Shown here: one piece after another, positions 18,301 through 28,116 of the stretch | How the letters are laid out: each line of letters opens with the position of its first letter | Numbering within the stretch: position 1 is the stretch's first letter | Source: Verrucomicrobiota bacterium | GTDB lineage: Bacteria > Verrucomicrobiota > Verrucomicrobiia > Limisphaerales > AAA164-E04 | Assembly: GCA_047947115.1 (NCBI GenBank) | Contig: CP170459.1 | Location: forward strand, 2,400,001 to 2,464,000 | Reading direction: 5' to 3' | Length of the DNA stretch: 64,000 bases | The notes under the pieces: generated by a model | The model's input: the letters and a program-made list of their open reading frames with translations, nothing else | What the model was told of the DNA's origin: nothing | Databases searched by the model: none | Made by a program: the position numbers and the translations under genes

Positions 18301-19069
18301 CAACGAACTGAGACAGAATGTGCCGGGGTTTCAGTCATTTGGAAATCATCGGAATTTCAGTCATGCAACCGTGAGTGATCTTCTCGCCCAACTCCCGCAG
18401 ACAACGCGGAAGGTTGGCGCTGCCGTATTGCATTCCGTTATCCTGTTGAATCGTGGGACGCACTTTGAAATGATTCCTCTCCCGAACGAAGCGCAGTGGG
18501 CTCCTGCATTTTCGGTTCATGTTGCAGACATTGACAACGATGGCCATGAAGATGTGTTTCTGAGTCAAAACTTCTTTGCCACCCGGCCCCTCTGGCCCCG
18601 CTTGGACGCTGGAAGCGGGCTGTGGTTGAAAGGGGACGGAACCGGAAGATTGAAGGCCCTGTTGCCGAGGCAATCCGGCGTGAGGGTTTACGGTGAGCAG
18701 CGAGGCGCTGCCGTGGCTGATTTTAATGGCGATGGAAAGGTCGATTTTGTGGTCAGCCAAAACGCAGCCGAAACCAGGATGCACCAGAACCAGACCGACC
18801 GACCGGGCTTGCGCGTGCGACTGCATGGACCCGGAGGAAATCCGCGTGGTTTTGGCGCCCTTATTCGCCTGGAGACCACCCTTGGGATGGGGCCTGCCCG
18901 GGAAGTACATGCCGGCTCCGGTTACGGATCGCAGGATGGAGCGATCCATGTGCTTGGATTCAGTGGGACGCCTACAAGATTGCATGTTTTTTGGCCCGGA
19001 GGCGTTCATTCGGTGGTTGATTTGAATTCGAATCAGTTGACAGTGGAGGCTTCGTATCCGGACAAATGA
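15347..19069 (+). CDS. FG-GAP/VCBS-repeat protein with two ASPIC/UnbV domains (CRTAC1-like paralog)
   Basis: Signal peptide, GDYDGDG repeats, SMGVDFAD, ATDWSW, central (NTQGIGA...VAWPGG) and C-terminal (NPRGFGA...GSGYGSQ...VFWPGG) ASPIC motifs. ATGA overlap with the upstream paralog. Confidence 0.9.
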   Translation: MKCSLSLSAFLWMVCLHWSLIKVHSLQAASHWQKEEGFQFREIPSSVIHHGSGREVGWTLLSAEETGVRFQNLLSDEDIVRNQNFMNGSGLAAGDYDGDGWCDLYFCSITGSNALYRNLGNGRFADVTKDAGVAMDGLASTGAVLVDVNHDGQLDLLVATLGQGVHSWINQGNGIFRETTAEAGLQSEFGSTSMALGDVDGDGDLDLYVTNYGEIPIVNSGGSAKLKRVNGQWVVTGPFAKRLRVVNGKLEELGEPDVLYLNDGTAGFEAVSWQSDRFLDANGQRLEEPREFGLGVQMRDVDLDGDLDIYICNDFQSPDRFWLNQGDGHFRAIPPLAMRKQSYASMGVDFADLDRDGFLDFFVVEMLARDHFGRMTQVAGLRPEIPYPARILNRPEVARNTLFKNLGDGTYAEVANFAGLSATDWSWQPVFLDVDLDGFEDVLVVNGMPYDTQDRDTLEAIRSGGKQSVEQSRSNVLRYPDRKATNMAFRNTGDWRFEDQSEDWGFHHPGITHGVVLADLDNDGDQDVITNNLNESPHIYRNDAIASRLAVRLQGSVRNTQGIGALVEVSAPGRRKQMRQMMAGGRYLGGDAALLTFACGETESPVTLRVAWPGGKVSVVKNACANREYLILEDTGRADTASRDASPQKVPVFKDVSDRIHHTHQEELFNDFTRQPMLPRLESQQGPGVAWCDLDDDGLEELVVGAGRGGVVSVWQCDVEGKILQIAPENPWIAPDDTLGMTAWSWQDGSSSVLFAVSQHERGNRSGTAVKELSLNQDGLFAIKDVKEVATVVSSPGALAGADFDLDGDLDLFVGGRCIPGRYPLPADSRLFRQEGGTLVEHEAAQMLLQGIGMVQGAVWSDLNRDGAPELVVACEWGAIRIFYNNKGVLAAWNPDVIWGGEGGGLRKPLSDWTGWWRGISAGDFDEDGRMDLVVANWGLNDGYATSFQHPLELYFGDFSGSGRTDLMETMFSAELNAQVPVRNFNELRQNVPGFQSFGNHRNFSHATVSDLLAQLPQTTRKVGAAVLHSVILLNRGTHFEMIPLPNEAQWAPAFSVHVADIDNDGHEDVFLSQNFFATRPLWPRLDAGSGLWLKGDGTGRLKALLPRQSGVRVYGEQRGAAVADFNGDGKVDFVVSQNAAETRMHQNQTDRPGLRVRLHGPGGNPRGFGALIRLETTLGMGPAREVHAGSGYGSQDGAIHVLGFSGTPTRLHVFWPGGVHSVVDLNSNQLTVEASYPDK

Positions 19070-19113
19070 GTTTTTAACCTGGATAACTCCTTTTCTTGGG
19101 CTACGTTGTCCGC

Positions 19114-19314
19114 ATGAAACGTCATGCTGTCCAGGCTTGGCTCCTTTGTTGCTTTTTGATCTTCCTCTGGGTCTGTTATTACCTCTGGGGTGGAGATGGC
19201 TTGTTGGTTGGCAATGTCTTTGGCGGTTCCGTGTATATGGCGCTTTCTTACCTGATTGATCAACGCCTTGGCAAATGTTCCAAAGGGCTTCAACACATTC
19301 CCTGGTGGAAATAA
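19114..19314 (+). CDS. Putative small two-helix membrane protein
   Basis: 66 aa with two hydrophobic segments; fills the gap and ends 1 nt from the convergent gene's stop. Confidence 0.3.
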   Translation: MKRHAVQAWLLCCFLIFLWVCYYLWGGDGLLVGNVFGGSVYMALSYLIDQRLGKCSKGLQHIPWWK

Positions 19315-19315
19315 T

Positions 19316-19810
19316 TTAAACGGCCATCGCTTTGCTGGGCTTCTGCCCGGGACGCTTGCGATATGCAATAAAGAATCCAATGAGCAGGACTGTTGCCAGG
19401 CATGTTTCGCCGGGTTCGGGAACAGTGGCCCCCGTTTGACCCGCCACCATCATATCCGATAAGTTTGCCACTGCAAAATCCGTAATGGTCAGGTGATTGT
19501 TTTCTGAGTTGTAAAATACACCTATCCATCCGACTTGGGATGTTGTGCTGTTGACCTGTCCGATATAGCTCTTGGTGGTCCCGTCCTGACCATACCAGGG
19601 AGAACTCTCAATTCTGTTGTATGCAATGGTGGAGCTGACAGGGTCGATCGATCCGGTGCTGCTGATCAGCTGCCCCGCCTCAAGCAAGGTTACCCATGAT
19701 GAACCCACTTCATGCACACCCCATGAATTGTGAAAATCCATGTAAGCAAATGGCCGGAACCATTGTGCAAGACCACATCATCAATGTCGTAATAAACAAT
19801 GGAAGCTAAA
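19316..19810 (-). pseudogene. PEP-CTERM sorting-domain protein with apparently disrupted 5' end
   Basis: C-terminus VPEPGETCLATVLLIGFFIAYRKR (ORF 19316-19741). No signal peptide in frame and an in-frame TGA at 19778-19780. An N-terminus-like peptide (ALASIVYYDIDDVVL) sits in another frame with no start codon. Confidence 0.55.
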
Positions 19811-20015
19811 GCGGTATAGTTTGCTAAAGTATATAATGAAAGAAATTCAATAGATATATTGCATAATTAATACCATCTCTTTGTAAAAAGAAAAAGTCAA
19901 TAAATAAAATAACAAGGAATAAAATTTTTAAAACAAGACAAATAATCTGAAATCCGACAAGAAAGTCGGTGATATGGTGCCGCGGTGTTGTTAGCCACGG
20001 ACGGGGTGGGGGCAT

Positions 20016-21512
20016 TTAATGATTCAACAACTTCTTCATTATTTCGGCTTTGGAAGGGCGTGGGCGGACCCGGGCAGGGGTGACGCCTCCGGTGGTACGG
20101 TCGAATTCATCGGGCGTGCGCACTTCGGGGATGTGATCATTTGTATCCACCCGCCACTGTTTGAAGACGGCTTGATGTTTTCTCAACACGCTCGCATAGG
20201 CAGGGTCATCGGCCAGGTTATGCATTTCGTAAGGATCTTTGATCAGGTCGTAGAGTTCTTCTTTCGGTCGAGGCAGGGTCAGGCATTGTTGTTGGTGTGA
20301 GGCCAATTGGCCTTTTTGATGAAGTCTCAGCATGGCTTGAAAAACAGGGCCGCGCACCGCATCCGCAGGAGGGGTCATGGGCAGGTCGTCGTAGTCGTTG
20401 AAAATGTATTTATAGTGATGCGACCGAACGGCCCGTGAATGATCCTCGTAATCATGCCAATGCTTTTCCGCAAAACAATAGTCGCGGATGGGGGTGTTTG
20501 GATGTGTCAACAACGGGGCAAACGAAATGCCGTCCATATTCTCAGGAACCGGCAAACCGGCAAGATCAAGAAATCCTGCTCCCAGATCAATGGAACTCAC
20601 CAACTCCTTGCAGATTGTTCCTGCCTTGATCTTGTTTTTCCATACCGCAAACATCGGTGTGCGAATGCCGCTGTCATACAGAGTTGTTTTGTCTCTCGGA
20701 AACGGTCGTCCGTTGTCACTGATCAAGACCATCAGCGTGTTGTCGGCAATGCCTTGTTCCTGCACGGCGTCCATGATCCCTCCGACGAATCGATCAAATC
20801 TGGTAGCTTCGTCATAATAGAGCGCCAGATCCTTGCGCACTTCCAAAGTGTCCGGGAGGTACGGGGGGACGATGACGTCTTCCGGGCGATGCGGGTTTTC
20901 GAGGATGCCTTCATCGTAGGGGCGATGTGGATCCAGCGCGGCCAGCCAAAGGAAAAAAGGGCGATCTTTGGGGCGTGCATTCAGCGCGGTCAACCAGTCG
21001 GCACAGCCACTCTTGGCATCCCCAACCGCTGTTTCCTGAAATTTGCCCGCCTCCGCTGCTTTGCCTGAGGGGAGTTGGAATCCAGATGTGTCCACTTCCC
21101 AGATCCGGTCGAAACGATCTTTGACAGCATCCCCCAAGTGCCATTTGCCCGCTGCTGCCGTCCAATAACCCGCTGTGCGCAACCGTTCCACAAATGTGGT
21201 TTTGTCCGCCGGAAGCGGCCAATGCAATTGCTCGGCGTCGGTGTGATGAGGGTAGCGTCCTGTAATGATGCTCGAGCGACTGGCGCTGCAGGAGCTGATG
21301 GTCAGGAAGGCACGATCAAATCGCATGCCTGATTCCGCCATGCGCGTCAGGTTGGGGGTTCGAATGGTTGGGTGGCCGTAAGGTTGACTGTCATCCCAGG
21401 CCAGGTCGTCCGCAATCATGAAAATGATGTTGGGTGATTGTACTGCCGCGTGTCCGGTCCGAAACGACAACAATACGTATGTCGCAACGATGAGCATGGT
21501 CCATTTGTGCAT
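20016..21512 (-). CDS. Sulfatase (formylglycine-dependent, Cys-type; sulfamidase-like)
   Basis: PNIIFMIADD, CSASRSSIITGRYPH, GKWHL, SDNG, EELYDL..DPYE..NLA; signal peptide. Confidence 0.92.
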   Translation of the reverse strand: MHKWTMLIVATYVLLSFRTGHAAVQSPNIIFMIADDLAWDDSQPYGHPTIRTPNLTRMAESGMRFDRAFLTISSCSASRSSIITGRYPHHTDAEQLHWPLPADKTTFVERLRTAGYWTAAAGKWHLGDAVKDRFDRIWEVDTSGFQLPSGKAAEAGKFQETAVGDAKSGCADWLTALNARPKDRPFFLWLAALDPHRPYDEGILENPHRPEDVIVPPYLPDTLEVRKDLALYYDEATRFDRFVGGIMDAVQEQGIADNTLMVLISDNGRPFPRDKTTLYDSGIRTPMFAVWKNKIKAGTICKELVSSIDLGAGFLDLAGLPVPENMDGISFAPLLTHPNTPIRDYCFAEKHWHDYEDHSRAVRSHHYKYIFNDYDDLPMTPPADAVRGPVFQAMLRLHQKGQLASHQQQCLTLPRPKEELYDLIKDPYEMHNLADDPAYASVLRKHQAVFKQWRVDTNDHIPEVRTPDEFDRTTGGVTPARVRPRPSKAEIMKKLLNH

Positions 21513-21664
21513 GCAGGGAAACCTATAGGAAGCCCCGGGCAAAATCGAGAATCGATTTGCAGGTAGATCGGACCGTCCGGGGCCGTCCGGGTTAGCTATG
21601 CGGATGTTTAAATGGTGAAACCTGAAACTTGCGGAGGGGGGCGAATGTTTGGCAGGATGTGGGA

Positions 21665-23026
21665 ATGAACCCTTCAGAGTTTGGTGCCAAGAGCAGAGTC
21701 AATCGTCGTCGGTTTGTGAAGCGTGGTTTGGGCGCGCTGGCCGTGGGGAGTATTGGTTTTCCAGCCGTTGTTTCCTCGGCGGCTCCCAATAGCAAGTTGA
21801 ACATCGCCGGTATTGGTGTCGGAGGGCGAGGGGGGCACAACATCGGGCAGATGGCCGGCGAAAACGTGGTCGCCATCTGCGATGTCAACGCCCACAACCT
21901 GGCAGCGTCCGCCAAGAAGTTTCCCAACGCCCGTCCATTCCGTGATTTCCGGGAGTTGTATGCGGCGGATATGGATTTTGATGCGGTGGTGGTGAGTACG
22001 ACCGAACATACGCATGCCTTTGCCACCTTGCCTGCTTTGAAACGCGGGAAACATGTCTATTGCGAAAAGCCTCTGACCCGGGACGTCTACGAGGCGCGTA
22101 TGATCACCGAAGCCGCTGCTAAAGCAGGTGTGGCCACACAGATGGGAACCCAGATTCATGCGGGGGACAACTATCGCCGGGTGGTGGAATTGATTCAAAG
22201 CGGCGCCATCGGGACGGTCTCAGAAGCGCACGTCTGGGTCTCACGCGCCTGGGGCTGGCAGGGGAAAGCCGATGCGGAGGCCAATCGAGATCTGGTGTGG
22301 AGTTATGAGCCTCCCAAGGAATCTATGCCGGTGCCGGATCATGTGGATTGGGATCTGTGGATCGGGCCTGCGCCATGGCGGCCTTATCATGAGATTTATT
22401 TTCCCGGTCCAAAGTGGTATCGTTGGTGGGATTTTGGCAACGGAACCATGTCTGATCTTGGCAGTCACTGGAATGATCTGCCGTTTTGGGCATTGAATCT
22501 GGATGCGCCTACTTCGGTGCGAGCCTGGGGACCGCCGCCGCATCCTGAGATTGCTCCCGCATCCATGTCTGCCGAATACACTTATCCTGCCAGGGAGGGG
22601 CGCGCCGGACTGAAGCTGACATGGCATCAGGGAGCGAACAAACCGGACATCTGGAAGCGTGGTGAAATTCCCCAATGGGGTAACGGCGTGTTGTTCATCG
22701 GTGACGAAGGGATGTTGTTGTCCGATTACGGAAAACATGTGTTGTTACCCGAGGGGCGATTCTTGAACTTTAAACGTCCGGACCCCTGGATTCCCAAATC
22801 CATCGGGCATCATCAGGAATGGATTCATGCCTGTAAAACGGGCGCGCCAACGACTTGTCATTTTGGCTACGCCGGTCCGCTGACCGAAGCGAATCATTTG
22901 GGGAACGTGGCCTATCGCATCGACAAGACCATTGAATGGGATCACGCCGCCATGCGCATGCCCAATCTGGACCTCGATCAACGTTACCTGAAGCGTGAAT
23001 ACCGAGATGGCTGGACGTTGGCTTAG
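21665..23026 (+). CDS. Gfo/Idh/MocA family oxidoreductase with Tat signal
   Basis: NRRRFVK Tat motif; [34 protein letters not shown]. Confidence 0.92.
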   Translation: MNPSEFGAKSRVNRRRFVKRGLGALAVGSIGFPAVVSSAAPNSKLNIAGIGVGGRGGHNIGQMAGENVVAICDVNAHNLAASAKKFPNARPFRDFRELYAADMDFDAVVVSTTEHTHAFATLPALKRGKHVYCEKPLTRDVYEARMITEAAAKAGVATQMGTQIHAGDNYRRVVELIQSGAIGTVSEAHVWVSRAWGWQGKADAEANRDLVWSYEPPKESMPVPDHVDWDLWIGPAPWRPYHEIYFPGPKWYRWWDFGNGTMSDLGSHWNDLPFWALNLDAPTSVRAWGPPPHPEIAPASMSAEYTYPAREGRAGLKLTWHQGANKPDIWKRGEIPQWGNGVLFIGDEGMLLSDYGKHVLLPEGRFLNFKRPDPWIPKSIGHHQEWIHACKTGAPTTCHFGYAGPLTEANHLGNVAYRIDKTIEWDHAAMRMPNLDLDQRYLKREYRDGWTLA

Positions 23027-23049
23027 ATGCGTCATTCAAACACGGAACA

Positions 23050-24462
23050 ATGGCCTATCCTGTTTTGACATTAAAGGGCATGCGCGACTGGGAGAAAAGG
23101 ACCTGGGTGCGGGGCGTGCAAGAATCTGATGTCATCGCCCAGGTGGGGCGACGTATTGCGGAACGGATCATGGAGATGACCTCTCCCGGTGATTCGGTTT
23201 TGTTGCTTGCAGGAAAGGGCCACAATGGCGACGACGTTTGCGCTGCCTGCCCGTGGATTTTCCAGCGTAGCGTCACGTTGATCCGCTTGCGTCATCCGGA
23301 AGAACAGATGGCGGCTTTGGATTCCTCGTTGGCAGAGCTGCCGGACCTGGTGGTGGAGGGGCTTTTTGGAATTGGTTTGAACCGCGCATTGGAAGGCGCT
23401 TGGGCGGATGTGGTTCATCGGATCAATGCCTCAGCGGAGACTTTGGTTTCTATTGATATTCCTTCAGGTTTACATGCTGATTCAGGGCCTTCTCTGGGAT
23501 GTGCGATTCGGGCGGACCAGACCTGGACGGTCGGGGCTCCAAAAGCAGGTATGCTGGTTCAAGGGGCCAGTGATTATGTGGGGCGGATGAGTGTTCTGTC
23601 TGATGTGGGATTGGTTGATTGGGATGGTTCTGACTTTGGGAGCAGCGATCTGCTTTGGGGGGATGCGCACGATTTTGTGGGGTGGCCACCTAAGCGTCCT
23701 TTGGAATCCCATAAAGGAAGTCATGGCTGTGTGCAAATATATGCGGGCAGTCGTGGATACCATGGAGCAGCGGTTCTGACGGCACGCGGAGCCTCCCGAG
23801 CCCGACCGGGATTGGTGGAGTTGATGACGCATGTTTCGTCGTATGATGGCGTGGCTTTGCAGTTGCAGAACGTCATGGTCCATGCTTTTGAAAGACACCT
23901 TCTCCTTTCACCAAAATCCACCGCCGTGGTGATCGGACCCGGCCTGGCATCGAATGATATCGACGTGGAAGTTAAAATCCAGGTCGGGGAAATATGGCAG
24001 AACTGTTCGGTTCCGGTGGTGGTGGACGCGTCTGCGTTGGATTGGTTGCCTTCTTCTGAAGAAGCTTTCGAGATGCCCCGGGTGATCACTCCTCATCCAG
24101 GCGAGGCCGCACGGATGCTGGGTGTTTCCAATCAGGATATTCAGGCGGATCGTCTTGCCGCTCTGCGAGCACTCTCTTTAAAATATGGTCAATGTTGGGT
24201 GGTGTTGAAAGGGCATCACACCTTGATCGGGCGCGCGTCCGGACCGGTTTACATCAATGCATCGGGGAATCCCAATCTGGCTCAGGGAGGGGCGGGGGAT
24301 ATTCTGGCCGGATACTTGGGAGGATTGCTCGCGCAGCACGAAAAGTCGAACGACCCAGAAATGGTTTTAAGGTACGCAGTATGGGCGCACGGGCGCGCGG
24401 CAGATCGATGCCAGTTGTTCATGGATTCCTGGGATATTAACCAGTTGCCCGAATGGTTGTAA
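23050..24462 (+). CDS. nnr: Bifunctional NAD(P)H-hydrate epimerase/dehydratase
   Basis: YjeF_N (GKGHNGDD, SIDIPSG) plus carbohydrate-kinase domain (SHKGSHG, IGPGL, VVDASAL, TPHPGEAARML, GGAGDILAG). Confidence 0.9.
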   Translation: MAYPVLTLKGMRDWEKRTWVRGVQESDVIAQVGRRIAERIMEMTSPGDSVLLLAGKGHNGDDVCAACPWIFQRSVTLIRLRHPEEQMAALDSSLAELPDLVVEGLFGIGLNRALEGAWADVVHRINASAETLVSIDIPSGLHADSGPSLGCAIRADQTWTVGAPKAGMLVQGASDYVGRMSVLSDVGLVDWDGSDFGSSDLLWGDAHDFVGWPPKRPLESHKGSHGCVQIYAGSRGYHGAAVLTARGASRARPGLVELMTHVSSYDGVALQLQNVMVHAFERHLLLSPKSTAVVIGPGLASNDIDVEVKIQVGEIWQNCSVPVVVDASALDWLPSSEEAFEMPRVITPHPGEAARMLGVSNQDIQADRLAALRALSLKYGQCWVVLKGHHTLIGRASGPVYINASGNPNLAQGGAGDILAGYLGGLLAQHEKSNDPEMVLRYAVWAHGRAADRCQLFMDSWDINQLPEWL

Positions 24463-24647
24463 GCGCATTGGGACGATAAAAGTTCGCAAAAGCTCATGAT
24501 TTCACCTGACGTGCTCCTGGTTTGTGAAGCGGGAGGGTGCGTATGATATTTTTTTAACCAAATTGATCTTGAACAGCAGGTGGCGATTCGATAGCACTCG
24601 TCTAGTCCCGGATGCGAAAAAAGGAGTAAGGGGATTCATACGTACGG

Positions 24648-25358
24648 ATGAATACAGGTAACCAACCCATAATTGAAGCCGCGCCCTTATCGGTGGAGGC
24701 GATCGTGTTTGATGTCGGAGGGACTTTGATCGAGCCTTGTCCTTCCGTCGGGCACATCTATGCGGACGTGGCATCCGGCTGTGGCCATTCTGATTTGGAT
24801 CCAACTCGATTGAATGATCAATTTGCGGAGGCCTGGAGAGCCAAAGGGGATTTTCAATACAACGAAAATGATTGGGAACGCCTGGTTATTCGTACATTCG
24901 AAGGATTGGTTTCCGAGGCAGATTGCAGAATCATGTTTCCCAAACTATATCAGCGATTTGAAGATCCCGGTGTCTGGAAGGTGCATGCAGATGTGCTGCC
25001 TACACTGGACGATCTGGCTGGCAGGGGATTTCGGCTGGGGATTGTTTCCAACTGGGACACCCGGCTGAGACCTTTGCTGGACAATCTGCGCCTGGAAGGT
25101 TTCTTTGAATTGATCAGTGTTTCCTGCGACATAGGCTTTACCAAGCCTTCGCCTGTCATCTTTGAACACACCATTTCCAAGTTCGGACTTCCGCCCGATC
25201 GGATTCTGCATGTGGGGGATGTTTATGAAGAGGATGTTATGGGGGCTCAAACTGCCGGTTTGCAGGCGTTGCATATTGATCGAACGTGTTCGGGTGAAAA
25301 AGGAAAACTGCGCCAACTGACGGATCTGATCCCTCTCGTCAAGGAAGCATGGATTTAA
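24648..25358 (+). CDS. HAD-IA family hydrolase (REG-2/HDHD3-like)
   Basis: FDVGGTL, VSNWD, KPSP.IF, HVGD...D. Confidence 0.9.
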   Translation: MNTGNQPIIEAAPLSVEAIVFDVGGTLIEPCPSVGHIYADVASGCGHSDLDPTRLNDQFAEAWRAKGDFQYNENDWERLVIRTFEGLVSEADCRIMFPKLYQRFEDPGVWKVHADVLPTLDDLAGRGFRLGIVSNWDTRLRPLLDNLRLEGFFELISVSCDIGFTKPSPVIFEHTISKFGLPPDRILHVGDVYEEDVMGAQTAGLQALHIDRTCSGEKGKLRQLTDLIPLVKEAWI

Positions 25359-25525
25359 GTCATTCTATCGCGTGTTTTGTTAATGCCTCCCATTAACGTG
25401 TCTAATTCTTTATTCGGATCATTGACTTCCACAAGTCTAGCTTATAGACATTGAAGAGAGCTTGTGACGCGGCTGGGCCGTGTCATAGGGAGATTGAGCG
25501 ATCCATTGTCGGGATTCAAAACTGT

Positions 25526-26200
25526 ATGAACATTTTCAAAGCCATTTTTTGCTCCTCATTGGGGAAGAAGTATATCATGGGTCTGACAGGGCTTGCTCTG
25601 TTCGGGTTTGTGATTGGTCACATGGTCGGAAACCTTCAAATCTTCATGGGCCAGGAAAAGATCAATGCCTATGCGGCCATGTTGAAGTCGGTGCCCAAGC
25701 TGCTTTGGGTGGCGCGGATTGGCCTGTTGTTTTGTGTGGGACTTCACATTTGGGCGGCCAGTCAGTTGGTTCGTGAAAACCGGGCTGCGCGTCCGAGTCG
25801 TTATGAAGTGAATGATCCGACGGTTACGACGTTTGCTTCACGCACCATGATTTGGAGTGGGTTGATCGTCTTTGCATTTATCGTATACCACTTGTTTGAT
25901 TTCACGATAGCTCCCGATTATCTGGGGCACGATGCCAAGGATCGTCACGATGTTTTCAAGATGGTGATCCTGGGTTTTTCAAATCCTTTCTCTTCTCTTT
26001 TTTATATCATCGCCAACGGGCTCCTTTGTATTCACCTGAGTCATGGTGTGAAGAGTCTGTTTCAATCCCTGGGGTTCAGTACCGGGCAATTTCGCGGTTG
26101 GTTTGATCGCTTTGCGGTGGTGATTGCCTGGGTGATTTTCATCGGTAACACCTCGATTCCGGCAGCGGTGCTTCTCGGATTTGGTAAGGAGGTATTGTAA
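25526..26200 (+). CDS. sdhC: Succinate dehydrogenase/fumarate reductase cytochrome b subunit
   Basis: [13 protein letters not shown]...HMVGNL, five TM helices with heme His residues (HLSHG); directly upstream of sdhA. Confidence 0.92.
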   Translation: MNIFKAIFCSSLGKKYIMGLTGLALFGFVIGHMVGNLQIFMGQEKINAYAAMLKSVPKLLWVARIGLLFCVGLHIWAASQLVRENRAARPSRYEVNDPTVTTFASRTMIWSGLIVFAFIVYHLFDFTIAPDYLGHDAKDRHDVFKMVILGFSNPFSSLFYIIANGLLCIHLSHGVKSLFQSLGFSTGQFRGWFDRFAVVIAWVIFIGNTSIPAAVLLGFGKEVL

Positions 26201-26202
26201 TC

Positions 26203-28116
26203 ATGAATTTGGATTCAAAAATTCCATCGGGGCCACTGGCCAGCAAATGGGAACGACACAAGTTCGATCTCAAACTCGTCGCTCCCGCCAACAAACGCAA
26301 GTTTGAGGTGCTGGTGGTCGGTTCCGGTTTGGCGGGAGCTTCCGCAGCAGCCACGCTGGCTGAGTTGGGATACAAGGTCAAATGTTTCTGCTATCAGGAC
26401 AGCCCCCGGCGCGCACACAGCATTGCCGCCCAGGGTGGGATCAATGCGGCCAAAAATTATCAGAATGACGGCGACAGTGTTCATCGTCTGTTTTATGATA
26501 CTATCAAAGGCGGTGATTTTCGTGCTCGTGAAGCAAACGTGCACCGACTGGCCGAAGTCAGTCGCCAGATCATTGACCAATGCGTGGCTCAAGGCGTTCC
26601 TTTCGCCCGTGAATACAGCGGATACCTGGCAAACCGGTCCTTCGGCGGTGCACAGGTTTCCCGAACTTTTTATGCTCGTGGACAAACGGGGCAACAGCTT
26701 CTTCTTGGTGCCTACCAGGCTCTGAGTCGTCAAATTGGCCTTGGCAACGTTCAGATGTTCCCGCGCACGGAGATGCAGGATCTCGTATTGGTGGATGGCC
26801 ATGCCAAGGGCGTCGTCGTGCGCAACTTGGTCAATGGTGAGATTTCCTCGCATTCCGGTGATGCTGTCATCTTGGCGACCGGCGGTTATTGCCCGGTGTT
26901 TTATCTTTCGACGAACGCGGTGGGTTGTAACGTGACCGCCACCTACCGCGCTCACAAACGAGGGGCTGCCTTTGCGAATCCTTGTTACACGCAGATCCAT
27001 CCGACCTGCATTCCGGTCAGTGGTGATCACCAGTCCAAGTTGACTTTGATGTCCGAGTCGTTGCGCAACGACGGGCGGGTGTGGGTTCCGAAGAAACAAG
27101 GTGACAACCGTAAGTCGTGGGAAATTCCAGAGAACGAACGCGATTATTTCCTTGAGCGCAAATATCCAAGTTTCGGTAATCTGGCTCCACGTGACATTGC
27201 CTCCCGGGCTGCGAAGGAAGCTTGCGATGACGGTCGGGGTGTCGGACCGGGGGGGCTGGGGGTGTTTCTGGATTTTGCGGATTCCATCAAGCGTCTGGGT
27301 GAACCGGCCGTGCGTGAACGGTACGGCAATTTGTTCGACATGTACGAACGAATCACCGGCGAAAATGCTTATAAACAACCCATGCGCATTTTTCCCGCAC
27401 CGCATTACACGATGGGTGGGCTCTGGGTGGATTACAACTTGATGAGCAATATTCCGGGCTTGTTTGTGCTGGGTGAAGCGAACTTCTCAGATCATGGAGC
27501 AAATCGTCTGGGCGCCAGTGCGTTGATGCAAGGATTGGCCGATGGCTATTTCGTGATTCCCTACACCATCGGGCATTATTTCGCCTCCCACAAACAAGCG
27601 CGTCCTTCCACTTCACATGATGCCTTCAAGAGCGTTGAAAATGAAGTGAATCAAAAGATTCAAAAACTGCTTTCCGTCAAAGGCGGTCGCACCATTCGTT
27701 CCATGCACTGGGAACTTGGCCGATTGGTCTGGGAAAAATGTGGTATGGCTCGTGACAAGGCGGGCCTGGAAGAAGCCATCAAGCGGATTCCGCAGTTGCG
27801 GGAGGAATTCTGGCAGAATATCAGTGTTCCAGGCGGAGCAAACGAGATGAATGTGGCTTTGGAACAAGCCTCGCGCGTGGCGGATTTCATGGAGTTTGCC
27901 GAGTTGCTTTGCCGTGACGCGCATCATCGTGAAGAATCCTGTGGCGGTCACTTTCGTACCGAATACCAGACCGAAGACGGTGAAGCGCTGCGCAACGATC
28001 AAGATTTCTCCTACGTGGCCGCCTGGGAACATCAGGGCGTTGACAAAGCTCCGAACCTGCACCGGGAATCGCTGCAATACGAAGAAGTCAAAATGACCCA
28101 AAGGAGTTACAAGTAA
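26203..28116 (+). CDS. sdhA: Succinate dehydrogenase/fumarate reductase flavoprotein subunit
   Basis: [19 protein letters not shown] (covalent FAD His), [26 protein letters not shown]. Confidence 0.97.
   Translation: MNLDSKIPSGPLASKWERHKFDLKLVAPANKRKFEVLVVGSGLAGASAAATLAELGYKVKCFCYQDSPRRAHSIAAQGGINAAKNYQNDGDSVHRLFYDTIKGGDFRAREANVHRLAEVSRQIIDQCVAQGVPFAREYSGYLANRSFGGAQVSRTFYARGQTGQQLLLGAYQALSRQIGLGNVQMFPRTEMQDLVLVDGHAKGVVVRNLVNGEISSHSGDAVILATGGYCPVFYLSTNAVGCNVTATYRAHKRGAAFANPCYTQIHPTCIPVSGDHQSKLTLMSESLRNDGRVWVPKKQGDNRKSWEIPENERDYFLERKYPSFGNLAPRDIASRAAKEACDDGRGVGPGGLGVFLDFADSIKRLGEPAVRERYGNLFDMYERITGENAYKQPMRIFPAPHYTMGGLWVDYNLMSNIPGLFVLGEANFSDHGANRLGASALMQGLADGYFVIPYTIGHYFASHKQARPSTSHDAFKSVENEVNQKIQKLLSVKGGRTIRSMHWELGRLVWEKCGMARDKAGLEEAIKRIPQLREEFWQNISVPGGANEMNVALEQASRVADFMEFAELLCRDAHHREESCGGHFRTEYQTEDGEALRNDQDFSYVAAWEHQGVDKAPNLHRESLQYEEVKMTQRSYK

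Noticed and set aside
19778..19780. In-frame TGA upstream of the PEP-CTERM ORF as a second Sec codon
   Set aside because: No redox motif context, no upstream start in frame and no convincing hairpin.
21270..21300. Sulfatase motif CSASR instead of CxPxR
   Set aside because: CxAxR is a known functional variant.
26215..27405. 396-aa antisense ORF (and similar long antisense ORFs at 9449-10246 and 50697-51515)
   Set aside because: These are shadows of strongly conserved or codon-biased genes on the opposite strand, with no protein-family features.
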